A program made the position numbers and the translations under genes. The notes beneath the pieces were generated by a model. That model saw nothing but the letters and a program-made list of their open reading frames with translations, did no database searches and had not been told where the DNA came from. A stretch of 64,000 nt of DNA from Porticoccaceae bacterium (lineage in GTDB: Bacteria; Pseudomonadota; Gammaproteobacteria; Pseudomonadales; Porticoccaceae), in contig JBFIEE010000008.1 in assembly GCA_041603535.1 (NCBI GenBank), positions 3,169 through 67,168 on the forward strand, given 5' to 3'. Positions 19,202 through 30,369 of this stretch are shown here, piece by piece (positions within the stretch are counted from its first letter, which is position 1; every line of letters starts with the position of its first letter).

Positions 19202-21151
19202 TTAACGTTCAAAATAGGTGTAACCCTGCATGCTTTCCCTGAATGCGGTCAACATGGTCTGGCGCATCGCTACTGATATTTTGCCCTGACGGACAGCTTC
19301 CTCGGCGATGCGGCGAAACTGTTCCAGCATTATTTTCGGGTCGTACTCAACGTAACTTAGAACATCAGCGATGCTGTCGCCATGGAATTCGCGGACAAAT
19401 TCAAAACCGCCATCCTCGGTGATACGCACGCTGACCACGTTGGTGTCACCAAATAAATTATGTAAATCCCCTAATGTTTCCTGATACGCGCCCACCAGAA
19501 AGACACCGACGAGGTAGTCTTCCCCTTCTTTGAGCGAGTGCAGCGGCAAGGTTTTTCGCAGGCCGTCAGGTGAAGAAAAGTTATCAATTTTTCCGTCACA
19601 ATCGCAAGTCAGATCAGCAATAATGGCCTCTCGTGTCGGTCGTTCGTCGAGACGGTGTATGGGCATAATGGGAAATATCTGGTCTATCGCCCAAATGTCT
19701 GGCAGTGATTGAAAAAGGCTAAAATTGCCGTAGTAAATATCAGAAAGCAACTCCGGCAAATTCTCCATCTCCGGAGGGATACGCTCAACTTCGCTGAGCA
19801 AACTAGCAATACGCTCCAGTGCCGCCAGCGTTATGTTTTCGGCCAGCGCGCGGTCGCGCAAAGTTGCCTGGCCGTGGCGAAATAACTCCCTTATTTCGTC
19901 TCGATAGTACAGCGCGTCGTTATAACACTCCTGAAAGGTCTTCGATGTGATCAGCGTTGGCACCGCAAACAGATTTTCTAACAACTCGTGACAATCGTCT
20001 GGGAGCGTCGTTGGAAGTGGGGTAGGTTGATGGTCGCGGACATCCAGAATGTTGAATATCAGCACGGATGAATAGGCGATAGTGGCGCGGCCGGACTCCG
20101 TGATGATGACGGGGTGAGCAATATCCAGCGGGTCGAGACTTTCGCGAATTGTTTCGACGATATTAGTGCAGTATTCCTGCAACTTGTAGTTCATGCTGTG
20201 CGTGCTGTTGGTGCGGGCACCCTCGTAATCAACTGCGAGGCCGCCGCCCAGGTCGAGATAGCCCATCGGTGCGCCTTCGCTAATCAGGCCGCTATAAAAT
20301 CGGCAAGCTTCGAGTACCCCGCCCCGGATGTTGCGGATATTGGGGATTTGCGATCCTAGATGGCAGTGCAGTAGCTGCAGGCAATGCAACATATTGGCCT
20401 GTTTGAGCACATCGACTACGTCAAGCAGGGCATTGGTAGAAAGACCAAAAATTGAGCGATCCCCGCTGTCTTCGTTCCAGTGCCCGTCAACGATCACAGA
20501 GGGTTTAATACGAACGCCAAGCAAGGGCTCAATGCCGAGCGCGCGGCTACGCTCAAGGATAGTGGGCAATTCTGCTGGCGTTTCAAGGACAAAGAAACAG
20601 GGAATACCTATTTGCCTGGCGTACAGGCCGAGTTCGACAAATTCGGAGTCTTTAAATCCGTTACAGATAATCAGGCTGTCGTGATCCTGCAACTGTGACA
20701 GGGCGACAATCAATTCCGCCTTGCTGCCTGCCTCAAAACCGTGATGGTAATGGCGACCAAAATCGGCTATTTCTTCAATGACGTGGCATTGTTGATTGAC
20801 CTTAATCGGGAAAACGCCGCGGTAGTGATTGTTGTATCCGTCCTGCTCAATAGCACTTGCAAAAGCCTCATTGAGCGTTTTTATGCGGTGGTCCAACAGG
20901 TTTTCAATGCGCAACACCGTGGGCATTTCCAGGCCCCGGGCTTTCATGCCAGCAATAATATCCATCAGTGGCACGGCAACGGTTTTGTCCCCAAAGCTGG
21001 CGTGAACCACCGTCTCACCCTGCTCTGAAATACTAAAGTATCCGCCGCTCCAGTCGTGGATTCCATAGAGCTCGATACTTTGCGCGGACGACCAGTCGTT
21101 AGTTGAGGCTATGTTTTTGGTTGCGATCTGTGTGGTCAAGTGCTCGTCCAT
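19202..21151 (-). CDS. speA: Biosynthetic arginine decarboxylase
   Basis: A 649-aa SpeA-type PLP decarboxylase (FPIKVNQQ, HCHLGSQI, GGGLAVDYEG). Confidence 0.93.
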   Translation of the reverse strand: MDEHLTTQIATKNIASTNDWSSAQSIELYGIHDWSGGYFSISEQGETVVHASFGDKTVAVPLMDIIAGMKARGLEMPTVLRIENLLDHRIKTLNEAFASAIEQDGYNNHYRGVFPIKVNQQCHVIEEIADFGRHYHHGFEAGSKAELIVALSQLQDHDSLIICNGFKDSEFVELGLYARQIGIPCFFVLETPAELPTILERSRALGIEPLLGVRIKPSVIVDGHWNEDSGDRSIFGLSTNALLDVVDVLKQANMLHCLQLLHCHLGSQIPNIRNIRGGVLEACRFYSGLISEGAPMGYLDLGGGLAVDYEGARTNSTHSMNYKLQEYCTNIVETIRESLDPLDIAHPVIITESGRATIAYSSVLIFNILDVRDHQPTPLPTTLPDDCHELLENLFAVPTLITSKTFQECYNDALYYRDEIRELFRHGQATLRDRALAENITLAALERIASLLSEVERIPPEMENLPELLSDIYYGNFSLFQSLPDIWAIDQIFPIMPIHRLDERPTREAIIADLTCDCDGKIDNFSSPDGLRKTLPLHSLKEGEDYLVGVFLVGAYQETLGDLHNLFGDTNVVSVRITEDGGFEFVREFHGDSIADVLSYVEYDPKIMLEQFRRIAEEAVRQGKISVAMRQTMLTAFRESMQGYTYFER

Positions 21152-21561
21152 TCTCTAACCTCGTTACTGGACAGACGATGAATTGTCGCTGTTTTGCGGC
21201 GTCTGCTGCTTGCCTCTCCTGTCGATCAAGGTATGGGGCAGATTGGCGACACTTTGGGCGCTGGTTGCACGACGTGCTGATAAATAGACTGGCTGCGTCT
21301 TGCTGGAAGAGAGTGAGAATATCTGGCGAAGCCGTACACGGCCGTTGCGCGTAAGCGCATGACACCGGGTTGATATCTGTGGGTAAGAAGGCGTTGCCCT
21401 CATCAAGCACTCCTCACTGCTGAGCTTTAATCTGCTGAGCAATATAAAAGGTTGTTAGCAAATTACGTTGCTTTCACGCCTTCATGCTGTGAGTGGCAGA
21501 AAACGCTTGGGCTAGGTGTACATATAACTACAGGTAGAGCTTGAAATTCATATTTGTAAAG

Positions 21562-21648
21562 TGGTACCAGAGGCCGGACTCGAACCGGCACGCTTTTAAG
21601 GGCGCGGGATTTTGAATCCCGTGTGTCTACCAATTTCACCACTCTGGC
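21562..21648 (-). tRNA. tRNA-Leu (anticodon CAA), class II with long variable arm, CCA encoded
   Basis: The reverse complement reads GCCAGAGTGGTGAAATTGGTAGACACACGGGATTCAAAATCCCGCGCCCTTAAAAGCGTGCCGGTTCGAGTCCGGCCTCTGGTACCA. The anticodon loop is TTCAAAA. The cloverleaf is near-identical to E. coli tRNA-Leu(CAA). Confidence 0.95.
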
Positions 21649-21659
21649 GCAGGCCGAGG

Positions 21660-21687
21660 ATTATAACAGTGGCTGATGAGTGGTCAA
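21660..21687 (-). promoter_or_regulatory. Sigma70 promoter of tRNA-Leu
   Basis: On the minus strand: TTGACC (21687-21682), a 16-nt spacer, TATAAT (21665-21660), then the GC-rich discriminator CCTCGGCCT running into the tRNA 5' end. Confidence 0.65.
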
Positions 21688-21736
21688 TGTGCTGGCCTAA
21701 TTTGTTTGTTGCTATCGCCAGTCTGGATCTATTTAT

Positions 21737-21776
21737 CCAGAGGATAAAGGCAGTACCCAGAGGATAAAGGCGGTAC
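21737..21776. repeat. 20-bp tandem direct repeat x2 (CCAGAGGATAAAGGCRGTAC)
   Basis: Copies at 21737-21756 and 21757-21776 differ at one base. They lie between the tRNA-Leu promoter and queA. Confidence 0.9.
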
Positions 21777-21867
21777 GGGACTGGCGCGCACGAGGATTTA
21801 ATTTGGTGATCTCGATGTTTTCCGCTAGGCTGGCGCGATTTTCGCGTGAGCCAACACCGTAGCCGTT

Positions 21868-24047
<2,180 letters not shown>

Positions 24048-24176
24048 TTGCGAAAGTACGTTCAACCCGGACAACGAAGCCGTAAGGATTGGGTAGAAAG
24101 GATTGGTTCATATGCGTTCCGTTGCGCCATCTCCGTCCCTGTCACCTCAAGGGTGGGACGGCGATCTTGTCAGCAA

Positions 24177-24205
24177 TTGGTTGGCCTGGGTAATTACCCT
24201 ATAAT
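24177..24205 (+). promoter_or_regulatory. Sigma70-like promoter candidate upstream of secD
   Basis: TTGGTT (24177-24182), a 17-nt spacer and a perfect TATAAT (24200-24205), 34 nt before the secD ATG. Confidence 0.4.
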
Positions 24206-24238
24206 GCCTCGCTTTTATCGGGATACAAACGCCAGCCC

Positions 24239-26092
24239 ATGAATCGCTACCCGCTGTGGAAATACCTGTTACTTGCCATCGTTGTGGCACTAAGCTTTAT
24301 TTATGCCGTCCCCAATCTTTACGTGCCTGACCCAGCGATACAAATTTCGGGTCAGAGCAGCGCGATGGTTATGGACGAAGCGGTCGTAGACAAAGCTCTC
24401 ACTGCGCTGAAAGAAGATGGCATAGCCTATTTTGGTGAAACGCGTTCCGATCGAAATATTCTTATCAGGCTCGACCAAAGTGCGCATCAATTGGCCGCCA
24501 AGCGAGTAATTCAGCAGGCCCTGGGGCTCGATTACATTGTGGCGCTGAATTTGGCGCCGACGACTCCGGCCAGTTTGGAAGCGCTGGGCGGAAAGCCGAT
24601 GAAACTCGGACTTGATCTCAGCGGCGGCGTACATTTTTTGCTGGAAGTGGATACCGCCTCCGTGGTGAACAAGCATCTGGAAACCCAGTTCGGTGAGTTG
24701 AAGAAGGCTCTGCGGGAGGCAAAAGTTCGCTACAAGTCGGCGACGCAGGCGGAGGATCATCTGAGTTTTACATTTGCCGAGGCGGCGGCGCTTGACGAGG
24801 CAGTCAACGTTGTGCGCGCTGATTTTCGCGATTTATTACCCCTCAGCGAAGGGAGGACCGATCTGCCTCAGTTGACACTGAGCCTGTCCGATACCGCCGT
24901 TAGGGAAAACGAAGAGTATGCGGTTGCCCAGAACCTGACCACCCTGCGGAACCGTGTCAATGAACTGGGTGTCTCGCAACCCATCGTGCAGCGCCAGGGC
25001 CGTAATCGCATTGTCGTAGAGTTACCAGGCGTGCAGGATACGGCTGAAGCTAAACGAATTATCGGCAAGACCGCGAATCTGGAATTTCGTCTTGAAGCGC
25101 AGCCGGGTCGGGTAGTTGGCCGGGAGCAGTTTAAATTTCGGGATTCAGCCGCACAGCCGTCCACAGCCTGGCTGGAACGAAAAGTGGTGATTACCGGTGA
25201 CCGGGTGACCAATGCGTCGGTTGGCTATGATGAAAATGGCCTGCCCCAGGTCAACATCTCTCTCGATAGCGGGGGCGGTCGCGCCATGCACTACGCAACT
25301 CGGAAGAACATCAAACGTCGCCTGGGGGTTTTGTTTATTGAATCGAAAGCTCGATTCGAAGAACGAGTCAATGAGCAAGGCGAGAAAGAGTCGGTCGTGG
25401 TGCCTTATGCTGAAAAAAGTATCATCAGTCTTGCCACTATACAGAGCGCGCTGGGCGTGCAATTCCGCATCACCGGGCTTGATAACCCGGAAGAGGCATC
25501 CGAACTGGCCTTGTTACTTCGCGCCGGCGCGTTGGCGGCACCAATGCATTTTGTTGAGGAGCGCACGATTGGGCCGTCTCTGGGCGCTGAAAATATTGAC
25601 GTGGGGTTGACGTCCGTAAAAATCGCCCTGGTTCTGGTATTGTTATTTATGATCGTCGTTTACCGGGTCTTCGGAATATTTGCCAATGCCGCGCTACTGA
25701 TGAACGTGGTGTTGCTGGTCGCGGTGATGTCGCTACTGGGTGCGACACTGACGCTGCCTGGTATAGCCGGAATCGTACTAACGGTGGGTATGGCCGTCGA
25801 TGCCAACGTGTTGATCTTCGCCCGTATTCGGGAAGAGCTGGCAAACGGCGAGTCGGTGCAGCGTGCGATTGATGCGGGCTATGATCGAGCCTTTGTATCC
25901 ATCCTTGATGCTAACGTGACAACACTGATTGTTGCCGTCATCCTCTATGTCATTGGTTCCGGTCCGGTACAAGGTTTTGCGGTGACCCTGTCCATTGGAA
26001 TTTTAACCTCAATGTTCACCGCGATCATGGGTACCAGAGCCCTGGCCAACCTCGTTTACGGTGGCCGCGCCGTCGAAAAACTCTCGATTTAG
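24239..26092 (+). CDS. secD: Protein translocase subunit SecD
   Basis: A 617-aa ORF with an N-terminal TM helix, a large periplasmic domain and a C-terminal 5-TM bundle with the SecD motif GIAGIVLTVGMAVDANVLIFARIREE. Confidence 0.95.
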   Translation: MNRYPLWKYLLLAIVVALSFIYAVPNLYVPDPAIQISGQSSAMVMDEAVVDKALTALKEDGIAYFGETRSDRNILIRLDQSAHQLAAKRVIQQALGLDYIVALNLAPTTPASLEALGGKPMKLGLDLSGGVHFLLEVDTASVVNKHLETQFGELKKALREAKVRYKSATQAEDHLSFTFAEAAALDEAVNVVRADFRDLLPLSEGRTDLPQLTLSLSDTAVRENEEYAVAQNLTTLRNRVNELGVSQPIVQRQGRNRIVVELPGVQDTAEAKRIIGKTANLEFRLEAQPGRVVGREQFKFRDSAAQPSTAWLERKVVITGDRVTNASVGYDENGLPQVNISLDSGGGRAMHYATRKNIKRRLGVLFIESKARFEERVNEQGEKESVVVPYAEKSIISLATIQSALGVQFRITGLDNPEEASELALLLRAGALAAPMHFVEERTIGPSLGAENIDVGLTSVKIALVLVLLFMIVVYRVFGIFANAALLMNVVLLVAVMSLLGATLTLPGIAGIVLTVGMAVDANVLIFARIREELANGESVQRAIDAGYDRAFVSILDANVTTLIVAVILYVIGSGPVQGFAVTLSIGILTSMFTAIMGTRALANLVYGGRAVEKLSI

Positions 26093-26101
26093 GAGCCGGT
26101 C

Positions 26102-27019
26102 ATGGCGACACAACGTGTATTTAATTTTATGGGGCATCGTGGGCTAATCGGCCTGGTGTCAGTCGTATTGCTGGTCGGTTCCCTGATGTCGCTGATGACC
26201 AGGGGTCTGGTACTTGGGCTTGATTTTACTGGCGGTACATTGATCGAAGTTGGTTACCAGCAAAGCATTGATCCGGACGTGATTCGTACGCGGCTCGAAG
26301 CCAGTGATTTCCGTAATCCTACCGTTGTGCAGTTCGGTGCGGAAACCGAGCTGCTGATCAAGCTTCAGGGTGAACCGGCCGCCGACCTCGGCGATCGCGT
26401 GCTGGCGATCTTGCAGGCCTCGGGAGAGGCGGTGGAGCTACGGCGTATCGAATTTGTCGGTCCGCAGATCGGCGACGAACTGCGTGACGACGGCGGGCTG
26501 GGAATGCTGGCAGCGTTGGCCGTGGTGATGTTGTATGTGGCGATCCGCTTTCAGTATAAATTTGCCATAGCCGCAGTAATGGCATTGATCCACGACGTGG
26601 TGATTACGCTGGGATTTTTTTCACTGCTGAGCATAGAATTTGACCTCACGGTGCTGGCCGCGTTGTTGGCGGTTATTGGCTACTCGCTCAACGACACGAT
26701 AGTCGTATTTGATCGTATCCGGGAGAACTTTCGCCTGTTACGGGTCGCAGAGCCAATTGCTGTGGTCAATGAATCATTGAGCCAGACTCTGGGCAGAACC
26801 GTCATGACGTCCCTGACCACCCTGATAGTTCTTGTTGCGCTGTTTATTTTCGGCGGAGCGTTAATTCATAACTTCGCCATTGCCCTTATATTTGGCGTGA
26901 TCATAGGTACCCATTCGTCTATTTATGTTGCCGCCAATACCCTGCTCAGTTTCAATATTTGCCGTGAAGACTTGTTGCCTACGGTAAAAGAAGGTCCGGA
27001 GTATGACGGCCTGCCCTGA
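26102..27019 (+). CDS. secF: Protein translocase subunit SecF
   Basis: GLDFTGGT motif and the SecF TM bundle (GYSLNDTIVVFDRIREN). Confidence 0.95.
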   Translation: MATQRVFNFMGHRGLIGLVSVVLLVGSLMSLMTRGLVLGLDFTGGTLIEVGYQQSIDPDVIRTRLEASDFRNPTVVQFGAETELLIKLQGEPAADLGDRVLAILQASGEAVELRRIEFVGPQIGDELRDDGGLGMLAALAVVMLYVAIRFQYKFAIAAVMALIHDVVITLGFFSLLSIEFDLTVLAALLAVIGYSLNDTIVVFDRIRENFRLLRVAEPIAVVNESLSQTLGRTVMTSLTTLIVLVALFIFGGALIHNFAIALIFGVIIGTHSSIYVAANTLLSFNICREDLLPTVKEGPEYDGLP

Positions 27020-27361
27020 CGGAGCCGAAGTCCGGGGAAAGTGTTGCAATACCCTGCCCAGTATTGACGCTCAGCGGAGTCTGTGCCGAGCTACTGGCCG
27101 CTTAGCGCCTCTGGAACTTCTGTTCTAATCCCACACTAGAACGCCGTAGCTGCAAACGAAACAGCCAGGCTGAAGCTGCTATGCATAAGTTAAACCGGCT
27201 ACGCACAGGATGTACGACGCCTGCTGCGAACAACTCTGCGCATAGTTTTTGTCCGGCGAGTATGCCTTAATAGATGAAAAGGCGCGGTGACAGGTGAAAC
27301 GGCGCGACCAAAATTGCCGGCGCAATAAAAAATAATTCAAAAATAGTCGGAGGTAACTAGC

Positions 27362-28594
27362 GTGACTGAAAAACACGTACTGGACGGTATTCGAGTGCTG
27401 GATTTTACTCAGCATCTGGCCGGCCCCACGACCACCCGATTAATGGCTGAAATGGGTGCCGAAATCGTCAAGCTTGAACTCGCCCCCTGGGGTGATCAGG
27501 TACGCAAGGTGGGTTATCTCAAAGGCGGGCGTTCGGCTTATTTTTTATCTCAAAATCGTGGTAAGCAAAGCCTGTGTGTGGACGTAAAAACTGACCGGGG
27601 TCGCAAGATACTGCTCGATCTGATTCCCCACTTCGACGTGCTGGTGGAAAACTTTGCGCCCGGTGTGATTGGGCGGCTGGGCCTGGACTGGCCGACAGTA
27701 CATCGGCTCAACCCAAAATTGATCATGTGTTCGATCTCTACATTTGGCCAGACCGGACCGCTTGCCGACCGACCGGGTTTTGATTACATAGGTCAGGCTT
27801 ATGCCGGTGTGACCGGTTTGATCGGCGAGCAGGACGGCCCGCCCGTACTGCCGATGGTGGCTATGGGCGATGTGATGACCGGTGTACACGGACTCGCCGC
27901 TATTAACGCGGCTCTGTTTCGTCGTGCGATGGGTGGCCCTGGTCAGCTTCTCGATATTTCCCTGCTGGACAGTTATTTTCATTGTCACGAATCCAGTGTC
28001 GGCATGATTAGCGCCAGCGAGGGCCGCTTTGAACCGTCACGCGGTGGTTCCCATAGTCCGGGCCTGGCGCCGCTCGGGGCCTTCAAGGGTAACGACGGAT
28101 ATCTGATCATTATCGCGGTATTGCATCAATGGCCGGCACTCTGCAATGTCATGGGCAATCCGGGTTTATTGAAGGATCCGCGTTTTAAAAAAATTGGTGA
28201 CCGGGTCAAAAACCGTTATGAGCTGGTAAAAATCATTGAAGACTGGATCGCCAGTTGCGGCAGCGATGATGAAGTAATTGCCAGACTTGAAGCTGAAAGG
28301 GTGCCGGTTGCTCCAGTCCTGACGCTTAAGCAGGCAATGGAGCACCCGCATCTGATTGAGCGGGGAACGGTGCGCACTGTTACTGAACGGGAGTTTGGTA
28401 CGTTCCAGATGCCGGGTATGCCCTTGCGATTTTCCGAGTATGCCAATGATCTGGAGCTGCAGGCGCCGTTTCTCGGTGAGCACAATCGGCAGACACTACA
28501 GGCTCTGCTCGGCTATAGCGACGCCGAGATAGATCAACTCGAAGCGCAGGGCGTACTGGTCGCTGAAGTACTGCCCGATGCCAGCAGCGCGTAA
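27362..28594 (+). CDS. Family III CoA-transferase (CaiB/BaiF type)
   Basis: LDGIRVLDFTQHLAGPTTTRLMAEMGAEIVKLE and the GDVMTG loop are typical of the family. Confidence 0.85.
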   Translation: MTEKHVLDGIRVLDFTQHLAGPTTTRLMAEMGAEIVKLELAPWGDQVRKVGYLKGGRSAYFLSQNRGKQSLCVDVKTDRGRKILLDLIPHFDVLVENFAPGVIGRLGLDWPTVHRLNPKLIMCSISTFGQTGPLADRPGFDYIGQAYAGVTGLIGEQDGPPVLPMVAMGDVMTGVHGLAAINAALFRRAMGGPGQLLDISLLDSYFHCHESSVGMISASEGRFEPSRGGSHSPGLAPLGAFKGNDGYLIIIAVLHQWPALCNVMGNPGLLKDPRFKKIGDRVKNRYELVKIIEDWIASCGSDDEVIARLEAERVPVAPVLTLKQAMEHPHLIERGTVRTVTEREFGTFQMPGMPLRFSEYANDLELQAPFLGEHNRQTLQALLGYSDAEIDQLEAQGVLVAEVLPDASSA

Positions 28595-29671
28595 CTAGCG
28601 TTCGCTTTCCATGACGGCGACACTTTTCACCTGCAGATAAACAGGTAAACCCGGTCGTAACTTCAGCGTACTGGCCGCGCGCCGGGTAATTCTCGACAGA
28701 CAGCGCTGTCCAGCCAGGTCGACTTGCACCAATACCTGTGCGGGTTCATTGGTAGCGTTTAAAGAGACAATCGTGCCCTGTAAAAGGTTCTGAATGCTAC
28801 TTTGCGAGGGCTTGCTCAAGGCCAGGCTGATATCTCTGGCAAATAGTTGCAGCCGTACCTGGCGGCCAATCGGTAGTTTAGTGTGAGCGACCCAGATGTC
28901 ACCGGCAGGGAGGGCGACGGAGCTCAGGTGGAATTTACTGTCGTGTGCGACAACCGTGCCGATGAGGATTGCGGCGGCATCCTCTCTGTACGCAAGGGGC
29001 AGCGCGGGGTTGGTCAGTAACTCGTTGATCGCGCCGTTAGCTGAGACCCGCCCCTGGTCCAGCAGCAGCATCTGGTCGGCCAGGCGTGTAACTTCCATGG
29101 CCGAGTGGCTGACATAAAGGATGGGGATACCCAGGCTTTTGTTGAGCCGTTCAATGTAGGGCAGAATTTCTTCCTTGCTCTGTGTGTCGAGACTGGACAG
29201 CGGCTCGTCGAGCAATAGCAGACGGGGGCTGGTTAGCAGTGCTCGTGCGATGGCTACACGCTGTTGCTGTCCCCCGGACAACTGTTGAGGCATGCGATTA
29301 AGAAAAGGCTCAAGTCCCAGCAAAGTAACCGCTTCATCGACAGGGATGGTTCTGCCCGACTGAGCGACGCGGTTAAACCCATACAATAAATTGTCCCGCA
29401 CAGACAGGTGCGGAAATAAACTTTGTTGTTGAAAAACGTAACCCAGGGCACGCTGATGGACTGGTGTGAAGTTGCAGTCGCTTTGCCAGCGCTCGCCGTT
29501 GACCGTGACCGAACCAGTGGCTTGATCGAGTCCGGCAATACACCGCAAAAGAGAGGTTTTGCCGGCGCCAGAGCGACCAAAGATGGCAGTCACGCCAGCT
29601 CCGCTAAGCGACGTTGATACAGCGAGCGAGAAGCCCTGGCGCGTGAGCTTAAGATCGATATCAATACTCAT
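28595..29671 (-). CDS. modC: Molybdate ABC transporter ATP-binding protein
   Basis: Walker A GRSGAGKTS, signature LSGGQQQR, and a C-terminal TOBE/Mop-type domain. Confidence 0.9.
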   Translation of the reverse strand: MSIDIDLKLTRQGFSLAVSTSLSGAGVTAIFGRSGAGKTSLLRCIAGLDQATGSVTVNGERWQSDCNFTPVHQRALGYVFQQQSLFPHLSVRDNLLYGFNRVAQSGRTIPVDEAVTLLGLEPFLNRMPQQLSGGQQQRVAIARALLTSPRLLLLDEPLSSLDTQSKEEILPYIERLNKSLGIPILYVSHSAMEVTRLADQMLLLDQGRVSANGAINELLTNPALPLAYREDAAAILIGTVVAHDSKFHLSSVALPAGDIWVAHTKLPIGRQVRLQLFARDISLALSKPSQSSIQNLLQGTIVSLNATNEPAQVLVQVDLAGQRCLSRITRRAASTLKLRPGLPVYLQVKSVAVMESER

Positions 29672-30360
29672 GGCGGCCCGATGAGCCTGACGCGGCGGTT
29701 GCAGGTGAAGACCACGCAGAGCAGGACGAAGGACAGGCCGAGCAGCGTAAGTGAAAGAGCGTGTGCGGCGCCATAATCCATCGCTTCTACATGGCTGTAG
29801 ATGGCGATTGAGGCGACCTGAGTCCGGCCGGGAATATTGCCGCCGATCATCAGCAGCACGCCAAATTCCCCGAGTGTGTGTGCGAACGTTAATACGGTGG
29901 CAGTCAGAAACCCGCGCCGCGCCAGTGGCAAAACGACGCTAATAAAGCGATCAACAGGCGATGCCCGCAATGTCGCGGCAACTTCCAGCATATCCTTGCC
30001 AATCGCTTGAAAGGCGTTTTGCAGAGGCTGGATTGCGAAGGGCAGTGAATAGATCATTGATCCGATCACCAGGCCAGTAAAAGTGAAGGCCAGCGGCCGC
30101 TGGCCTGTGGCTATCATGAGCTCGCCGCCCCAGCCGCTGGGGCCGAGAAAGAGCAACAGGTAAAAACCGAGTACAGTGGGTGGTAATACCAGTGGCATGG
30201 CAACGATTGCCTCGACGACAGGGCGTAGCCGCCAGCGCGTGTGCGCCAGCCACCAGGCCAGTGGTATGGCGATAATAAGTAAGGCGATTACCGTGATGGT
30301 GGCCAGTTTCAAGCTCAACCAGAGCGCGGTGAGATCAGCTGAGGCGTACCAGTCGGACAC
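29668..30360 (-). CDS. modB: Molybdate ABC transporter permease
   Basis: A 230-aa ORF with the EAA-loop region EVAATLRASPVDRF. The stop overlaps the modC start. Confidence 0.9.
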   Translation of the reverse strand: MSDWYASADLTALWLSLKLATITVIALLIIAIPLAWWLAHTRWRLRPVVEAIVAMPLVLPPTVLGFYLLLFLGPSGWGGELMIATGQRPLAFTFTGLVIGSMIYSLPFAIQPLQNAFQAIGKDMLEVAATLRASPVDRFISVVLPLARRGFLTATVLTFAHTLGEFGVLLMIGGNIPGRTQVASIAIYSHVEAMDYGAAHALSLTLLGLSFVLLCVVFTCNRRVRLIGPP

Positions 30361-30369
30361 GGCGCTAGC

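Noticed and set aside
24048-24242. A 64-aa ORF in the tgt-secD gap that might have been yajC.
   Set aside because: It is Arg/Cys-rich with no transmembrane helix, has no similarity to YajC, and ends 3 nt into secD. I treat it as non-coding.
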